From positions 1 through 64,000 of IMG/VR virus record IMGVR_UViG_3300031134_000001: a stretch of 64,000 nucleotides of DNA, one strand, 5' to 3'. The notes under the pieces were generated by a model. That model was not told the origin of the DNA. It saw nothing but the letters and a program-made list of their open reading frames with translations, and searched no databases. The DNA is from a virus (taxonomy: Duplodnaviria; Caudoviricetes). Of this stretch, positions 7,042-16,562 are shown in pieces; position 1 is the first letter of the stretch; every line of letters begins with the position of its first letter. The position numbers and the translations under genes are program-made.

Positions 7042-9603
7042 ATGTACAAAATTCTCTCTATTACGCTTGTCGGTTATCGTCGTATGCGGGGCACGGAGAT
7101 TCGAAAAATAACCATCTCACCGCACGCTGCGGTCCAGCTTATTCTGGGCAGTAACGGTTCCGGTAAGAGTTCGCTCTTGCATCAACTCACACCGTTGCCG
7201 TCCGAGAAGGACGACTTCATCAAGGGCGGCAGTAAAACAGTGCACATTGAAAGCGGCGGACACACGTTCATTTGCGCCACCCACGTCGACCGCGCTGCCG
7301 AGCACAGCTTTATCATGGATGATGAAGAGCTCAACACGGGTGGTACAGCGCAAGTGCAACGCGACTTGTGCTGGAAGTATTTCAAGGTCACACCAGCCTC
7401 GCACGAGATGATGCTGGGTATGGTCAAGTTCACGCAGCTCAAACCACCAGCCCGCCGTGAATGGTTGATGTCGCTGTGCGAGAGTGACAACGACTTTGCG
7501 CTGGACGCTTACGACAAACTCAACAAGCGGGCAAACCACTTGACGGGCGCTGTCAAGATGAATCAGAAGAACTTGGGCGTGGAAGTTGCCAAGATCATGT
7601 CTGAGGAAGAAGAAGCCAAACTCGAACAGGAAGTGAACGCGCTGCGACAAGAGCTGAACATTCTGCAGTCCGAGCGCATGCCAGTCGAGCAAAGCTCACA
7701 GCACTACCTGGATGAGCGCACACGGGCTTTGCGTAGCTTGAACGATGTCTCCACACGTCTGCTGCGTTTGCAGGTCGTAGCGCCTTACCAGTACGAGTGT
7801 TGGTGGGCTGATACCAATCCCCACGGTCAGCCAGTTAAAGCCACGTTCCGCTCGCTTAACGAAGTCGACATGGAGATCGACCGACTTAAGCATATCGCTA
7901 CCGGCAAAGAAGCTGTGTTGGTGACCGTGAACGAACAGTACAGCAAACTCCAACACCAACACGACATCTTGATTAAGACGGGCGCTGAAGGTGTTGAAAG
8001 CATTGACAACCAGATTCACATGCTGCGTGATGAGCGAACGAGCAAGGTCGGTAAGTTGCGATTGGAACTGTTGTTTCCTGATGCGTTTCATGCCAATGAA
8101 GCGTTGCAACCCATCTTTGATCCGTTGGTTTCGGCGCTGCGTGAGATCCCTGAGAATGGTGATCGACGCTATGGGCGTTCGCAGTACGAATCAATGCAGC
8201 AGCAACTGCTGTTGATGATCACTGAGATGAACAAACACATCGAGTACTTGCACCGGTTAAAAGCGCAGAAAGAACACGCTGACTTACACCGCGGTAAGAA
8301 CCAACACGTGTGTCCTTCGTGTGACCATAGCTGGGTAGTGGGTGTGGATGAGAAGCAGTACGAACTCATTGTGGCTGGTATCAAAGAAGGTGAAACCAAA
8401 CTCAAGGCCATGAAAGAGGCAGAAGCTCAGCAGCAAAAGAGTCTGGAAGTGGTGGAAGGGTATTTTGGCCAGTACCGCGAAATCATTGCCTACACCAAGA
8501 CCGTCACGATCTTAAATCCGTTCTGGGATTATTTGCTCGATTCGAAGTTGATTCTGGAGTCCCCTTTGGAAGCGGTCAACGCGTTGCAGTATTTACAGCG
8601 CGATCTGATCGTATCGATCGATGTACAGCGCATCGAACAGAAGTTGGAAGAACTGGCTAAGCTGCGGGCGCAAGCCGCGGAAGTTGGTGACGCTAACCTA
8701 AACGAAGTGCGCGCGCAGATGGAAGCGATGGCCGATAAGCTCGGACAACTCACGGCAGAGCTTTCCCACGTGCAGCGTTCGGTGTCAGCTTACAGCGAAT
8801 ACCGCCGGCAACTCAACATAGGTCTTCAACTCGGCGAAGAACTCCAGAAGCTCTCGGCCTTGGCAGAGCAGCAACAGTATAGCCACATCGAAGCATTCCG
8901 GCGTGAAAGCATTCACCACTGTCTGCGTGAAGTGGAAAACGCCATGGCGCTCAAAGAAGAATCGCTGCGCGCCGTCAAGCGTCAAAAGGAACTGGTGGGG
9001 ATGCTACGCAGTCAGATCGCTACTTTGGAGATTCAAGAAGCGGCGGCCAAAGCCATGGTTGCTGCTTTGTCGCCGAAGAACGGTTTGATTGCTGAAGGCT
9101 TGCTTGGTTTCATCCGCGCTTTCGTGGGTGCCATGAATGTCTTCATCAACCGCATCTGGTCCTACCCACTGCAAATCATCCCAACTGGTTACGATAGCGT
9201 CAATCGTGAACAAACCGCTGAACTCGATTACAAGTTCAAAGTCGTCGTTGAGCGGGAAGACAACTTGATCAAAGACGTCTCGTTGGGTAGTGAAGGGATC
9301 AAAGAGATCATTGACTTGGCATTCATGTTCGTGGCGATCAAGTACATGAACTTGGGCGATACGCCGTTGTTCTTGGATGAGCCGGGCCGGGCCTTTGACG
9401 ACAACCACAGTAACGAACTAACCGTGGCCATCAAGTGGGTGATGGACAACACCAATTGCCCGCAGCTGTGGATGATCTCTCACCACGCAGTCAACTATAC
9501 GGCTTTCTCGAATGCAGAAATTTGCATGATCGATGAACGGAACGTGGTGATTCCGGATAAGCCGTATAACAAGCATGTCGTCATCGAACGACACTTAAAC
9601 TAA
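7042..9603 (+). CDS. sbcC: SbcC/Rad50-like SMC-family ATPase
   Basis: Walker A GSNGSGKS, long coiled coils, CPSC zinc hook, signature SLGSEG, Walker B LFLDEPG, ISHH His switch. Confidence 0.92.
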   Translation: MYKILSITLVGYRRMRGTEIRKITISPHAAVQLILGSNGSGKSSLLHQLTPLPSEKDDFIKGGSKTVHIESGGHTFICATHVDRAAEHSFIMDDEELNTGGTAQVQRDLCWKYFKVTPASHEMMLGMVKFTQLKPPARREWLMSLCESDNDFALDAYDKLNKRANHLTGAVKMNQKNLGVEVAKIMSEEEEAKLEQEVNALRQELNILQSERMPVEQSSQHYLDERTRALRSLNDVSTRLLRLQVVAPYQYECWWADTNPHGQPVKATFRSLNEVDMEIDRLKHIATGKEAVLVTVNEQYSKLQHQHDILIKTGAEGVESIDNQIHMLRDERTSKVGKLRLELLFPDAFHANEALQPIFDPLVSALREIPENGDRRYGRSQYESMQQQLLLMITEMNKHIEYLHRLKAQKEHADLHRGKNQHVCPSCDHSWVVGVDEKQYELIVAGIKEGETKLKAMKEAEAQQQKSLEVVEGYFGQYREIIAYTKTVTILNPFWDYLLDSKLILESPLEAVNALQYLQRDLIVSIDVQRIEQKLEELAKLRAQAAEVGDANLNEVRAQMEAMADKLGQLTAELSHVQRSVSAYSEYRRQLNIGLQLGEELQKLSALAEQQQYSHIEAFRRESIHHCLREVENAMALKEESLRAVKRQKELVGMLRSQIATLEIQEAAAKAMVAALSPKNGLIAEGLLGFIRAFVGAMNVFINRIWSYPLQIIPTGYDSVNREQTAELDYKFKVVVEREDNLIKDVSLGSEGIKEIIDLAFMFVAIKYMNLGDTPLFLDEPGRAFDDNHSNELTVAIKWVMDNTNCPQLWMISHHAVNYTAFSNAEICMIDERNVVIPDKPYNKHVVIERHLN

Positions 9604-9621
9604 ACTATCAAGGAAAACAGC

Positions 9622-10050
9622 ATGGAAATCACCAGCACAATTAGCGCCCGAACATTCGGTGAAGAAATGGCAAGCCTTAACATCGATCCGATCGAATACA
9701 GTCGTCAGAGTGGTCGCACCCATCGCATGATGGAAGCTGCCAAAGTCTCTTGCGAGCGGGGTAAGCCGACTGTGGTCATCTTCAAAGATGAAAAGTCGGC
9801 GGAAGTGTGGCGTCGTAAGTACAAAGACATAGCCGGCTTGTCGATTATCCCGATGTCGCAACCCATGCCACATCTCGACTGGATTCAATCGAAGATGACG
9901 GGAGGCCCGTACGCTTTCCATCAAACCTTCATCGACCACGACACGTTCTTTGCATACCAAAAGGAAATCATCCGGGGTTATCACAGGTACGACCGCATCA
10001 TGGACACGGCGCCGTACAACCCGTTGGTTCTGGATAAACCGGCTGAATAA
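9622..10050 (+). CDS. Hypothetical protein with a degenerate P-loop-like motif
   Basis: 142-aa ORF with AAGGAAA RBS; SRQSGRT near the N-terminus. Confidence 0.65.
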   Translation: MEITSTISARTFGEEMASLNIDPIEYSRQSGRTHRMMEAAKVSCERGKPTVVIFKDEKSAEVWRRKYKDIAGLSIIPMSQPMPHLDWIQSKMTGGPYAFHQTFIDHDTFFAYQKEIIRGYHRYDRIMDTAPYNPLVLDKPAE

Positions 10051-10054
10051 GTAG

Positions 10055-10102
10055 ACAGCATAACTACCCCCTACCCCGCAAGGAGTAGGGGGCGTATGCC
10101 GT
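10055..10102. terminator. Hairpin between convergent genes, CATA/TATG family
   Basis: acagcata...ccccctacccc-gcaa-ggagtaggggg...tatgccgt. Confidence 0.75.
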
Positions 10103-10105
10103 TAC

Positions 10106-11473
10106 TTAAACAGCGGCCGTCTTTTCTGCTTGACAGGCCAGATCAAACACGGACTTGAGAACGTCACCGGTATCGATGATCACCATCGATGCTTTATGGA
10201 TGCCGATGGTCGTTGCTGCTTGGGTCATGAGGAGCATACGACCGTACGAAGCTACCAGAGCGCCTTCGGTGTATTTTTCCATGAACGTACCCATATCGCG
10301 CGACAGTTTCGGCCTTTGCGCTTTCAGAGCGTCAACCATCTTGATCATCTCTTCCGACATCTTTTCCATGGCTTCGATGTCGCTTAAGAACTTTGGATGC
10401 GTGACGCTTTTGGTAAAGCGCTTTGACTCTTCCAAAATGTCAGCCAGCTCATCGTCGTTCAACGACTTGGCTTGACTCTTGGCCGAGCCAGGTTTGTTCT
10501 TACCCGTGTGATACGTGAAGTAATCAAACGGATCGCCCATACCCATGCCATCACCCATACGACGACGATAGCCCACATAGATACCACCCAGTAATTTAGG
10601 GTAGCCGCTATCGCGACGGGTAGCGATGTCGCCTGGTGTCTTTTCGTAGCCAGGGTGGAAGTGCATCTTTTGGAAAAACTTGGTTTGCGGTCCTTCGATC
10701 CGGTCTTTGATATCGGACATCGCTTCCGAGACGGCGTTGACGTCGGCCATCGATTTGCGAATTACTTCCAGCGTTGGTAACGTGAAAGCTTCTTGCAGGT
10801 CAAGAAAACCGTTGATAGTATCGCCAGCCATGGCCACCAGATGCTTGACTTCCGACACCATCCGCTCTGGCGGTACGATGGTGGTTTCATCTGTCATGCA
10901 CAGACGCGAGGCATCGCCTGCAAAGTCCAGACTGATACGACCGACGTGTGTGCGACCTTTTGCTTCACCGCCGGAGACAGATGCATTGGCGTTGGCTTTA
11001 TGATCATCCAGGATCTTTTCCACCGCAGCTTCTTTCTTCTTGAGTGGCGACATGAAGTTCACGATCGTGCGGAAGAACGCTTTGATGTGATTCCAGGTCT
11101 TGCGGATGAAGTCCTTGATCGCTTCCCAGATCTTGGCCACACGTTCTTTGACGTTCTCGATAAAGCCTTCCGTTGAGACGCCGTCGAGCGAGACTTGTGG
11201 AATGATGTCGTCAGCGCAAGCATCGGTACCGGCAGCGGCCATATCCCCGACAGCGCCGATCAAACTTTGTTCGACTTCCCCCACAGTTTCGGTTTGGGCG
11301 ATGACCGACTGCACGTCAGTGACGATGTCTTGCGTGTCGTCCATGCGGTCGATCTCAACTTCCATGGCCACGAGATCGTTGTTGCTGGCATTGTGCTCAT
11401 CGATCAAGATGGCTTCTTCTTCAACCGACAGCGTAACAGGTGCTACCGGTTGGGCGACTAAGTGGCGTTTCAT
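10106..11473 (-). CDS. Internal head protein (phiKZ gp93/gp162/gp163-type paralog family)
   Basis: Acidic propeptide ending VSTE|GFIENVKERVAKIWEAIKDFIRKTW, matching S/A/G-x-E protease sites followed by an amphipathic helix. Confidence 0.7.
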   Translation of the reverse strand: MKRHLVAQPVAPVTLSVEEEAILIDEHNASNNDLVAMEVEIDRMDDTQDIVTDVQSVIAQTETVGEVEQSLIGAVGDMAAAGTDACADDIIPQVSLDGVSTEGFIENVKERVAKIWEAIKDFIRKTWNHIKAFFRTIVNFMSPLKKKEAAVEKILDDHKANANASVSGGEAKGRTHVGRISLDFAGDASRLCMTDETTIVPPERMVSEVKHLVAMAGDTINGFLDLQEAFTLPTLEVIRKSMADVNAVSEAMSDIKDRIEGPQTKFFQKMHFHPGYEKTPGDIATRRDSGYPKLLGGIYVGYRRRMGDGMGMGDPFDYFTYHTGKNKPGSAKSQAKSLNDDELADILEESKRFTKSVTHPKFLSDIEAMEKMSEEMIKMVDALKAQRPKLSRDMGTFMEKYTEGALVASYGRMLLMTQAATTIGIHKASMVIIDTGDVLKSVFDLACQAEKTAAV

Positions 11474-12108
11474 TATGGTTCTCGGATGGGGTTATCTTGG
11501 GCCAGTACGTAGGCTTCCAAGTCGTTGTATTTGGCGCGCAGGGCAACCAATGCTTCTTGCGCTACACGCAGTTTTGCCGCGTCAGTAACTACCGCACCCA
11601 TGACAACTTCACGCGCCGACTCGATGGCGGCGGCATCTTCCACAGTCAAGCTGGTCAAGCTCGACGCGAGCATGGCACGTACTGTCGCGTTTTGCACACC
11701 CATCAAGTCTCGGGCCATGTCCTTGAGTTGGCTCATGAAGTATTGCAAACTCAGGTCCTGTGGTAAGGCGCCTAAGTTCACGGTAACTAACATGGTGCCG
11801 TAGGGCACGCCAGTGGCCACTGGGAGCGATTCCAGATAGCTGTTGGGGACCTTTACCTCTTCCCCGTCCGAAGCTCGCAGCGTGACGATACAGACCCGGT
11901 CAGCCACGTCAGCTGCAAACTTCTCACGGTCGATTTCAAACGGCTCGTAAAAGAGAGCGTAAGGATCTTGGTTGGTTGACGCTACCGCATGCAGCGTTTG
12001 CAGACCAGTGACCTCGTAAGGCACACCAGCACTACACAAGCCCGTGAAGGGGTACTTGAGTTTGATGACACCGGACGAACCGATGCTAGGTTGGATATAG
12101 CGACTCAT
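11473..12108 (-). CDS. Conserved phiKZ-like virion protein
   Basis: 211-aa ORF whose stop overlaps the next start by one base; C-terminal coiled coil; structural operon context. Confidence 0.55.
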   Translation of the reverse strand: MSRYIQPSIGSSGVIKLKYPFTGLCSAGVPYEVTGLQTLHAVASTNQDPYALFYEPFEIDREKFAADVADRVCIVTLRASDGEEVKVPNSYLESLPVATGVPYGTMLVTVNLGALPQDLSLQYFMSQLKDMARDLMGVQNATVRAMLASSLTSLTVEDAAAIESAREVVMGAVVTDAAKLRVAQEALVALRAKYNDLEAYVLAQDNPIREP

Positions 12109-12111
12109 GGA

Positions 12112-13416
12112 TTAACCCATGTTCGATTTGGCAACCACGAGGTAGTTGACGTTCTCGTAGCTGCGCGTGATGTACAGAATGCCGTCACGCCGCACTTTCG
12201 TCATACCCACTGGGATGGTGGTGTATTGGCTGGCCGATTCCGCAGCGAACAACATCTGCTCGATCATGTACGCCCAGTCCTGGGTCTTCTTGGACATCCG
12301 GTTAAAGTCCACCGAAGTCGAGGTCACCGAAATGAAGTCCTTGAACATCTGGTTAAGCTTAAACACGCCGTTACGGTTGTCGGGCGAACCGATTGCCAGC
12401 AGTGCGACCGAGCGGTACGGGTGGCCAAAAGTCACCAAGTTCGAATCAATATGAGGTTGCGGGTATTGCGCCGCATATTGTTTCATTTTGGCCGGAGCAT
12501 TGGTGTGCACAACAAACGGCGAGTAAATGCCGGTGGCCAGTTCGCGGTTGGGAATAGCGTACTGGTCTTCGAGCGGCAGGATGATGAATTCTGTGCGCTT
12601 GAAAATGTCAGGGAAGATCTTGATCCATTCGTCACGCGTGCGTGCGGTGCGGTCCAAGATGTGTTCCATGATGGCGTCTTTGATCGAGTCGACGTTGTCG
12701 CCGGTAGGGCCGTAGATCAACACGCTCCAGTCGGTTGGCACCACGTGGTTCGAGTTCAGCGGATCGATATAATCGTACGTGTTGGTGCGGGTGACGGTAT
12801 CGGGGTACTTGCTCTTGGCCAGTTGGATACGATCCATGGTGGCCGAACTGGTCAGCGCTTTCACGAGCAGCTCGACTTCGGTACCTGGTTTGTGGAAGTT
12901 GTCCAGCGTGTCAAATGGCGGGATCACGTAGATCTCGTATTCATCGTATTGTTGCTGGAAGCTTTCGTCGACGAACCAGACCTTGAGGAAGTTCTCAGTG
13001 TGGCCATCGTCGGTCAAGCATTTCCACGACAGCCATTCTGGCAACGTGTAGCTGCCGTCCGAGACCATGTTGCCGCAGATGAAGTCACTGGCGTCACCCA
13101 CGAAATTGGTAATCAGGTTCTCCAGCAGCACGCCTGGCAGAATGTCGACTTGGCCGCTCAGTGTTTGGTTGTACACGAAATTACAAACCTTGAGCACTTG
13201 GTCGGCAATCGTTGTCGGGATCTTGATTGCTGTGTCGCCATCTTTCGAGATGAACGTCATGAGCGTCAAGTTCGGCGCGTTGTTGCGGTTACTGTAAATG
13301 CCTTTCTCACGGGAGAAGGTCGCGCCAATGGAAGACAACTCACCCAGCTTTGCGACGACGCCTGGTGTGTTGTTGGCGAAGGTTGTGTTGATGATGAAAC
13401 TCTTCAGTACGTACAT
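12112..13416 (-). CDS. Conserved phiKZ-like virion structural protein (gp157-like by position)
   Basis: ORF of ~434 aa; start moved to ATG 13416 (AGGAGA RBS); strongly biased codon usage. Confidence 0.6.
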   Translation of the reverse strand: MYVLKSFIINTTFANNTPGVVAKLGELSSIGATFSREKGIYSNRNNAPNLTLMTFISKDGDTAIKIPTTIADQVLKVCNFVYNQTLSGQVDILPGVLLENLITNFVGDASDFICGNMVSDGSYTLPEWLSWKCLTDDGHTENFLKVWFVDESFQQQYDEYEIYVIPPFDTLDNFHKPGTEVELLVKALTSSATMDRIQLAKSKYPDTVTRTNTYDYIDPLNSNHVVPTDWSVLIYGPTGDNVDSIKDAIMEHILDRTARTRDEWIKIFPDIFKRTEFIILPLEDQYAIPNRELATGIYSPFVVHTNAPAKMKQYAAQYPQPHIDSNLVTFGHPYRSVALLAIGSPDNRNGVFKLNQMFKDFISVTSTSVDFNRMSKKTQDWAYMIEQMLFAAESASQYTTIPVGMTKVRRDGILYITRSYENVNYLVVAKSNMG

Positions 13417-13533
13417 CGAATTCTCCTGCCGCAAAGGGCTTGGGTGAAGAGATAAAAAGGAGGCTAACTTGGGTATACTGACGTATGCTTAACTAGCCGT
13501 GTGTCTATAAAATAACTTCAAAAGGAATGAAGG

Positions 13534-13983
13534 ATGTCTTTCTTTATGGTTGTATTTAAGGTCATTCCTTACTTAGTACCATTTCTTAAAGAGATGATGC
13601 TGGGAAAGAAGACCTGGCGCCAGGCATTTAAAGACAATCGCGGTAAGACGATTTTAATGTTTGCGGTCATGGTGTCTGTGATTTTCAACGTCGTACTTAC
13701 CGCGCGTGTCGGTACCCTAGCGTATCGTTATCTTGAACTGTCACGCGCCAAAGAAGAACTCGATGCGAAGTACCACGCACTCGAAAAACCTAAACTGGTG
13801 GTCGAAGGTACACCACGCCACCCAATGGCTAACAGCCAGGAAATCTCAACAGAAATTCGTAAAGAACCGAAGTTGGTATTACCAACCAAACATGTTGCTA
13901 CTGTGGTTCAAGATGCGAAACTAGCGGCTGAACTTCAAGCCGACTTAGATCGTATCCGGGCACGGGAAGCAACGGACTTTTAA
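13534..13983 (+). CDS. Probable i-spanin (Rz-like) membrane protein
   Basis: Basic segment, then a TM helix (TILMFAVMVSVIFNVVLTA), then a coiled coil. Immediately upstream of a lipoprotein. Confidence 0.6.
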   Translation: MSFFMVVFKVIPYLVPFLKEMMLGKKTWRQAFKDNRGKTILMFAVMVSVIFNVVLTARVGTLAYRYLELSRAKEELDAKYHALEKPKLVVEGTPRHPMANSQEISTEIRKEPKLVLPTKHVATVVQDAKLAAELQADLDRIRAREATDF

Positions 13984-14002
13984 ACTCAATAAGGATTTCA
14001 TC

Positions 14003-14443
14003 GTGAAGTACATTCTTCGTGTATTGGCCTTGACAGTCACCCTCGCGTTGACAGGCTGCGGCAGCTTTAACAACAACTTCAATCACATGCCATCGATACC
14101 AGATCCATCGGTGATCGATCCGGCGTTGATTAACAAGCTCGGTTCTGACGGCGATGATGCCAAATCGATTCCAGATCCAGCACCAGAAAATGTAACGGCG
14201 CCGGCGGAGCACGTGGTCGAGAAAACAAAAGCGCGGTGCACCATCTCGCCTTACCCGCCAGCTGGGTATCCGCCTGAGTTACCGGTCGAGCAACTGCGTG
14301 CTGTCGCTGGCGATGTGTACGCCTTGGAGCGCCTGGAGCGTCGCCATATCGATGAACTGCGTGCTTACATCAGTGAGCGTCGTCGTCTGCTGCGTGACTC
14401 CCGTAAAGCTTTCATGGAAAAGTGCACGACGGTGAGCAAGTAG
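14003..14443 (+). CDS. Lipoprotein, probable o-spanin (Rz1-like)
   Basis: Signal peptide MKYILRVLALTVTLALTG|C (lipobox LTGC); Pro-rich mature region; two further Cys. Confidence 0.68.
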   Translation: MKYILRVLALTVTLALTGCGSFNNNFNHMPSIPDPSVIDPALINKLGSDGDDAKSIPDPAPENVTAPAEHVVEKTKARCTISPYPPAGYPPELPVEQLRAVAGDVYALERLERRHIDELRAYISERRRLLRDSRKAFMEKCTTVSK

Positions 14444-14515
14444 TCTAAAGGGATTTTTATCCCGGAGCATCATTCTTTAGACTAGCATGATCTCACGAAT
14501 ACTTTTCCGAAACGG

Positions 14516-16042
14516 ATGGATGTAATGGCAAAGAAAAAAGAAGCAGTTGACAAAGAACCGGGCATGATGGGCGCAGTGTTGTTTTGCGATGGTAGCGCCC
14601 GTCCGAATCCTGGGTTCGCTGGTTGGGGGCTGCATGGGTATCTGTACGAGGCCGTGGAGCCAACCAAAGGGACAGGTAATCCCGATTACGTTCTGACGGA
14701 AAATGATTACCTGACCAAAGTCGTTAAAGCTACGGTGCCAGATGTGAAGTTGGTCACACCACTTAAGTACGTTGACGGTTACGGCGGTGTGCCGTTGGAG
14801 TTGGCTGCAGACGACCGCGGTAACACCAACAACCAAGGCGAACTGATGGGCGCTATCGAAGCCTTGAAGCTGGGTATCGAACACCGACTCAAGAAGCTGC
14901 GCGTCTGGACTGATAGTCAGTACGTGGTGACCAACATGACTTACGCTTCTGGTTGGGAGCGACAAGGCTGGAAGTTGGCGAGCGGTGAACTGCCGAAGAA
15001 CATCCCGCTCTGGAAAGAATTCTTGGGCCTGCTCAAGATCATCAAAGAGCTGGATCTGGACTTTGCCATCAACTGGAACAAAGGCCACGCCGGTAACTAC
15101 GGCAATGAATTCGCCGACGGCCTGGCGTTTGTCGGTATGCGTCACGCGACCAACGACATCTTCGAGAGCAAGATCACGCTCTCCCCAGCTGATGGTTACT
15201 GGAAGTACGAAGCGAACCGCCACCCGTTCATTGGTCATCGCCGCATGTACTACAACACGCTGTTCGAGTCGAACATCCCAGGCGAGTACTGCTTGGGTGA
15301 ACACGACAAGGACGATGACTTGGCTGGTAAGCGCATGGCCAACGGCGCGTATGCGTACATCCGTCTGGACCAACCAGAGAACGTCTTGGAGCAAGTGCGT
15401 CGTCACAGCTGCAAGCTGGCTAACGGCGAAGACACCGTCATGATCGCTCGGGTTGATTATATCTACCGGGCAGAAGTGCACGAATATCTGGATACCTACG
15501 GCGATGTGGTGATGAACAATCCGCCCGATGCTCGCTCGTATTTGGACGCGGTGATCCGCCACAAGAAAGAGCCAGTGACCACGGAACACAATCCGCCGCT
15601 GCTCATCGGTCGTACTGAACATGAGTTGTCGAAATTGAAGGATGTTCTTGATGCGTATCTCAAGGACGGCGAAGGTTTGGTTTCCACGGACCTGACTCCT
15701 TTAATTTATGAGTCAATTGTGGAAACCAGTAAGAAAGGTGAGGATAAGCACATTACTAAGCTGCGTCCCGAGTTCGTAGTTGGGACGGCGAAGATGGATG
15801 CGAATGTGAACTACCGCCATCCTGACAGTAGTATTCGCCAAGTGAATGTCAGTCTGCTGCTTGGATTGGATTTACTGGACCGCAATGCATTACGCCGACT
15901 CGAAGAACTAGAACCGGAAGTTCGCTTAGTGACCTGGACGGAAGAGCCACAAGCTTTCCGTTTTGCGACCATCATTAAGGTGAAGGGCGCAGTGGGGATC
16001 TTCGCGGGCACGTACAGTAACCTGCGCTTAATCCTCGACTAG
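14516..16042 (+). CDS. rnhA: Ribonuclease HI with long C-terminal extension (phiKZ gp155-like)
   Basis: FCDGSARPNPGFAGWG, TNNQGELMGAIEAL, WTDSQYVV, WNKGHAGNYGNEFADGLA: the D-E-D-D catalytic set. Confidence 0.92.
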   Translation: MDVMAKKKEAVDKEPGMMGAVLFCDGSARPNPGFAGWGLHGYLYEAVEPTKGTGNPDYVLTENDYLTKVVKATVPDVKLVTPLKYVDGYGGVPLELAADDRGNTNNQGELMGAIEALKLGIEHRLKKLRVWTDSQYVVTNMTYASGWERQGWKLASGELPKNIPLWKEFLGLLKIIKELDLDFAINWNKGHAGNYGNEFADGLAFVGMRHATNDIFESKITLSPADGYWKYEANRHPFIGHRRMYYNTLFESNIPGEYCLGEHDKDDDLAGKRMANGAYAYIRLDQPENVLEQVRRHSCKLANGEDTVMIARVDYIYRAEVHEYLDTYGDVVMNNPPDARSYLDAVIRHKKEPVTTEHNPPLLIGRTEHELSKLKDVLDAYLKDGEGLVSTDLTPLIYESIVETSKKGEDKHITKLRPEFVVGTAKMDANVNYRHPDSSIRQVNVSLLLGLDLLDRNALRRLEELEPEVRLVTWTEEPQAFRFATIIKVKGAVGIFAGTYSNLRLILD

Positions 16043-16090
16043 AAGGAGCAAGCTTTACCAAAACGGGATTCATCCCCAGGAGTTTAATTC

Positions 16091-16495
16091 ATGCTCATCA
16101 AGCAATTTTTTAGCAACGTTGTAAACGAACGCATGCCGCGCAAAACGAAGCGTCAGTTTTTCTTGATTTCGTTTGCAGCCTTACTAACTGGCGCGACGAA
16201 GTATGACAAGGAGACATTCAAGAAATTGAATCGCGTGCTGGCCTTGTCTGAATCAGGCGAATCAGCGCTTGCAGTTCCGGCCATCCTGTCCAAAGTCATC
16301 TGGAACGGGAAGACGCCGTACGAGGTTTGCCAAGAAGATGTCACGAAGGGCGCATTCAACGCAGCGCGCATTTCCGGTGTCGTGGCCAACATTCTGAACA
16401 GCATGCCGCGTTGTTTGCATTACGGCAGTCCAGAAGACATCGAAAGCGACGTCGGTGTGATTCTCAATGGTCGTATGGAATTGTTGGGCGTTTAA
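16091..16495 (+). CDS. Conserved hypothetical protein
   Basis: 134-aa ORF with AGGAG RBS. Confidence 0.7.
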   Translation: MLIKQFFSNVVNERMPRKTKRQFFLISFAALLTGATKYDKETFKKLNRVLALSESGESALAVPAILSKVIWNGKTPYEVCQEDVTKGAFNAARISGVVANILNSMPRCLHYGSPEDIESDVGVILNGRMELLGV

Positions 16496-16507
16496 GCATT
16501 AACGCAG

Positions 16508-16561
16508 ATCGTCATAAGACCCCCCTGCCCCCGGATAGGAGGCAGGAGGGGAGCTTATGAT
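16508..16561. terminator. Hairpin between convergent genes, CATA/TATG family
   Basis: cgtcataag-acccccctgcc...ggcaggagggg-agcttatga. Confidence 0.65.
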
Positions 16562-16562
16562 C

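Noticed and set aside
7042-9603. Defence-system or host SMC origin for the ATPase
   Set aside because: Zinc hook, size and position beside the spike gene match the SbcC-like gene that is core in phiKZ-like phages; no partner defence genes are adjacent.
11989-13455. 488-aa plus-strand ORF
   Set aside because: Antisense shadow of the 12112..13416 gene, produced by codon bias; no RBS or protein-like motifs.
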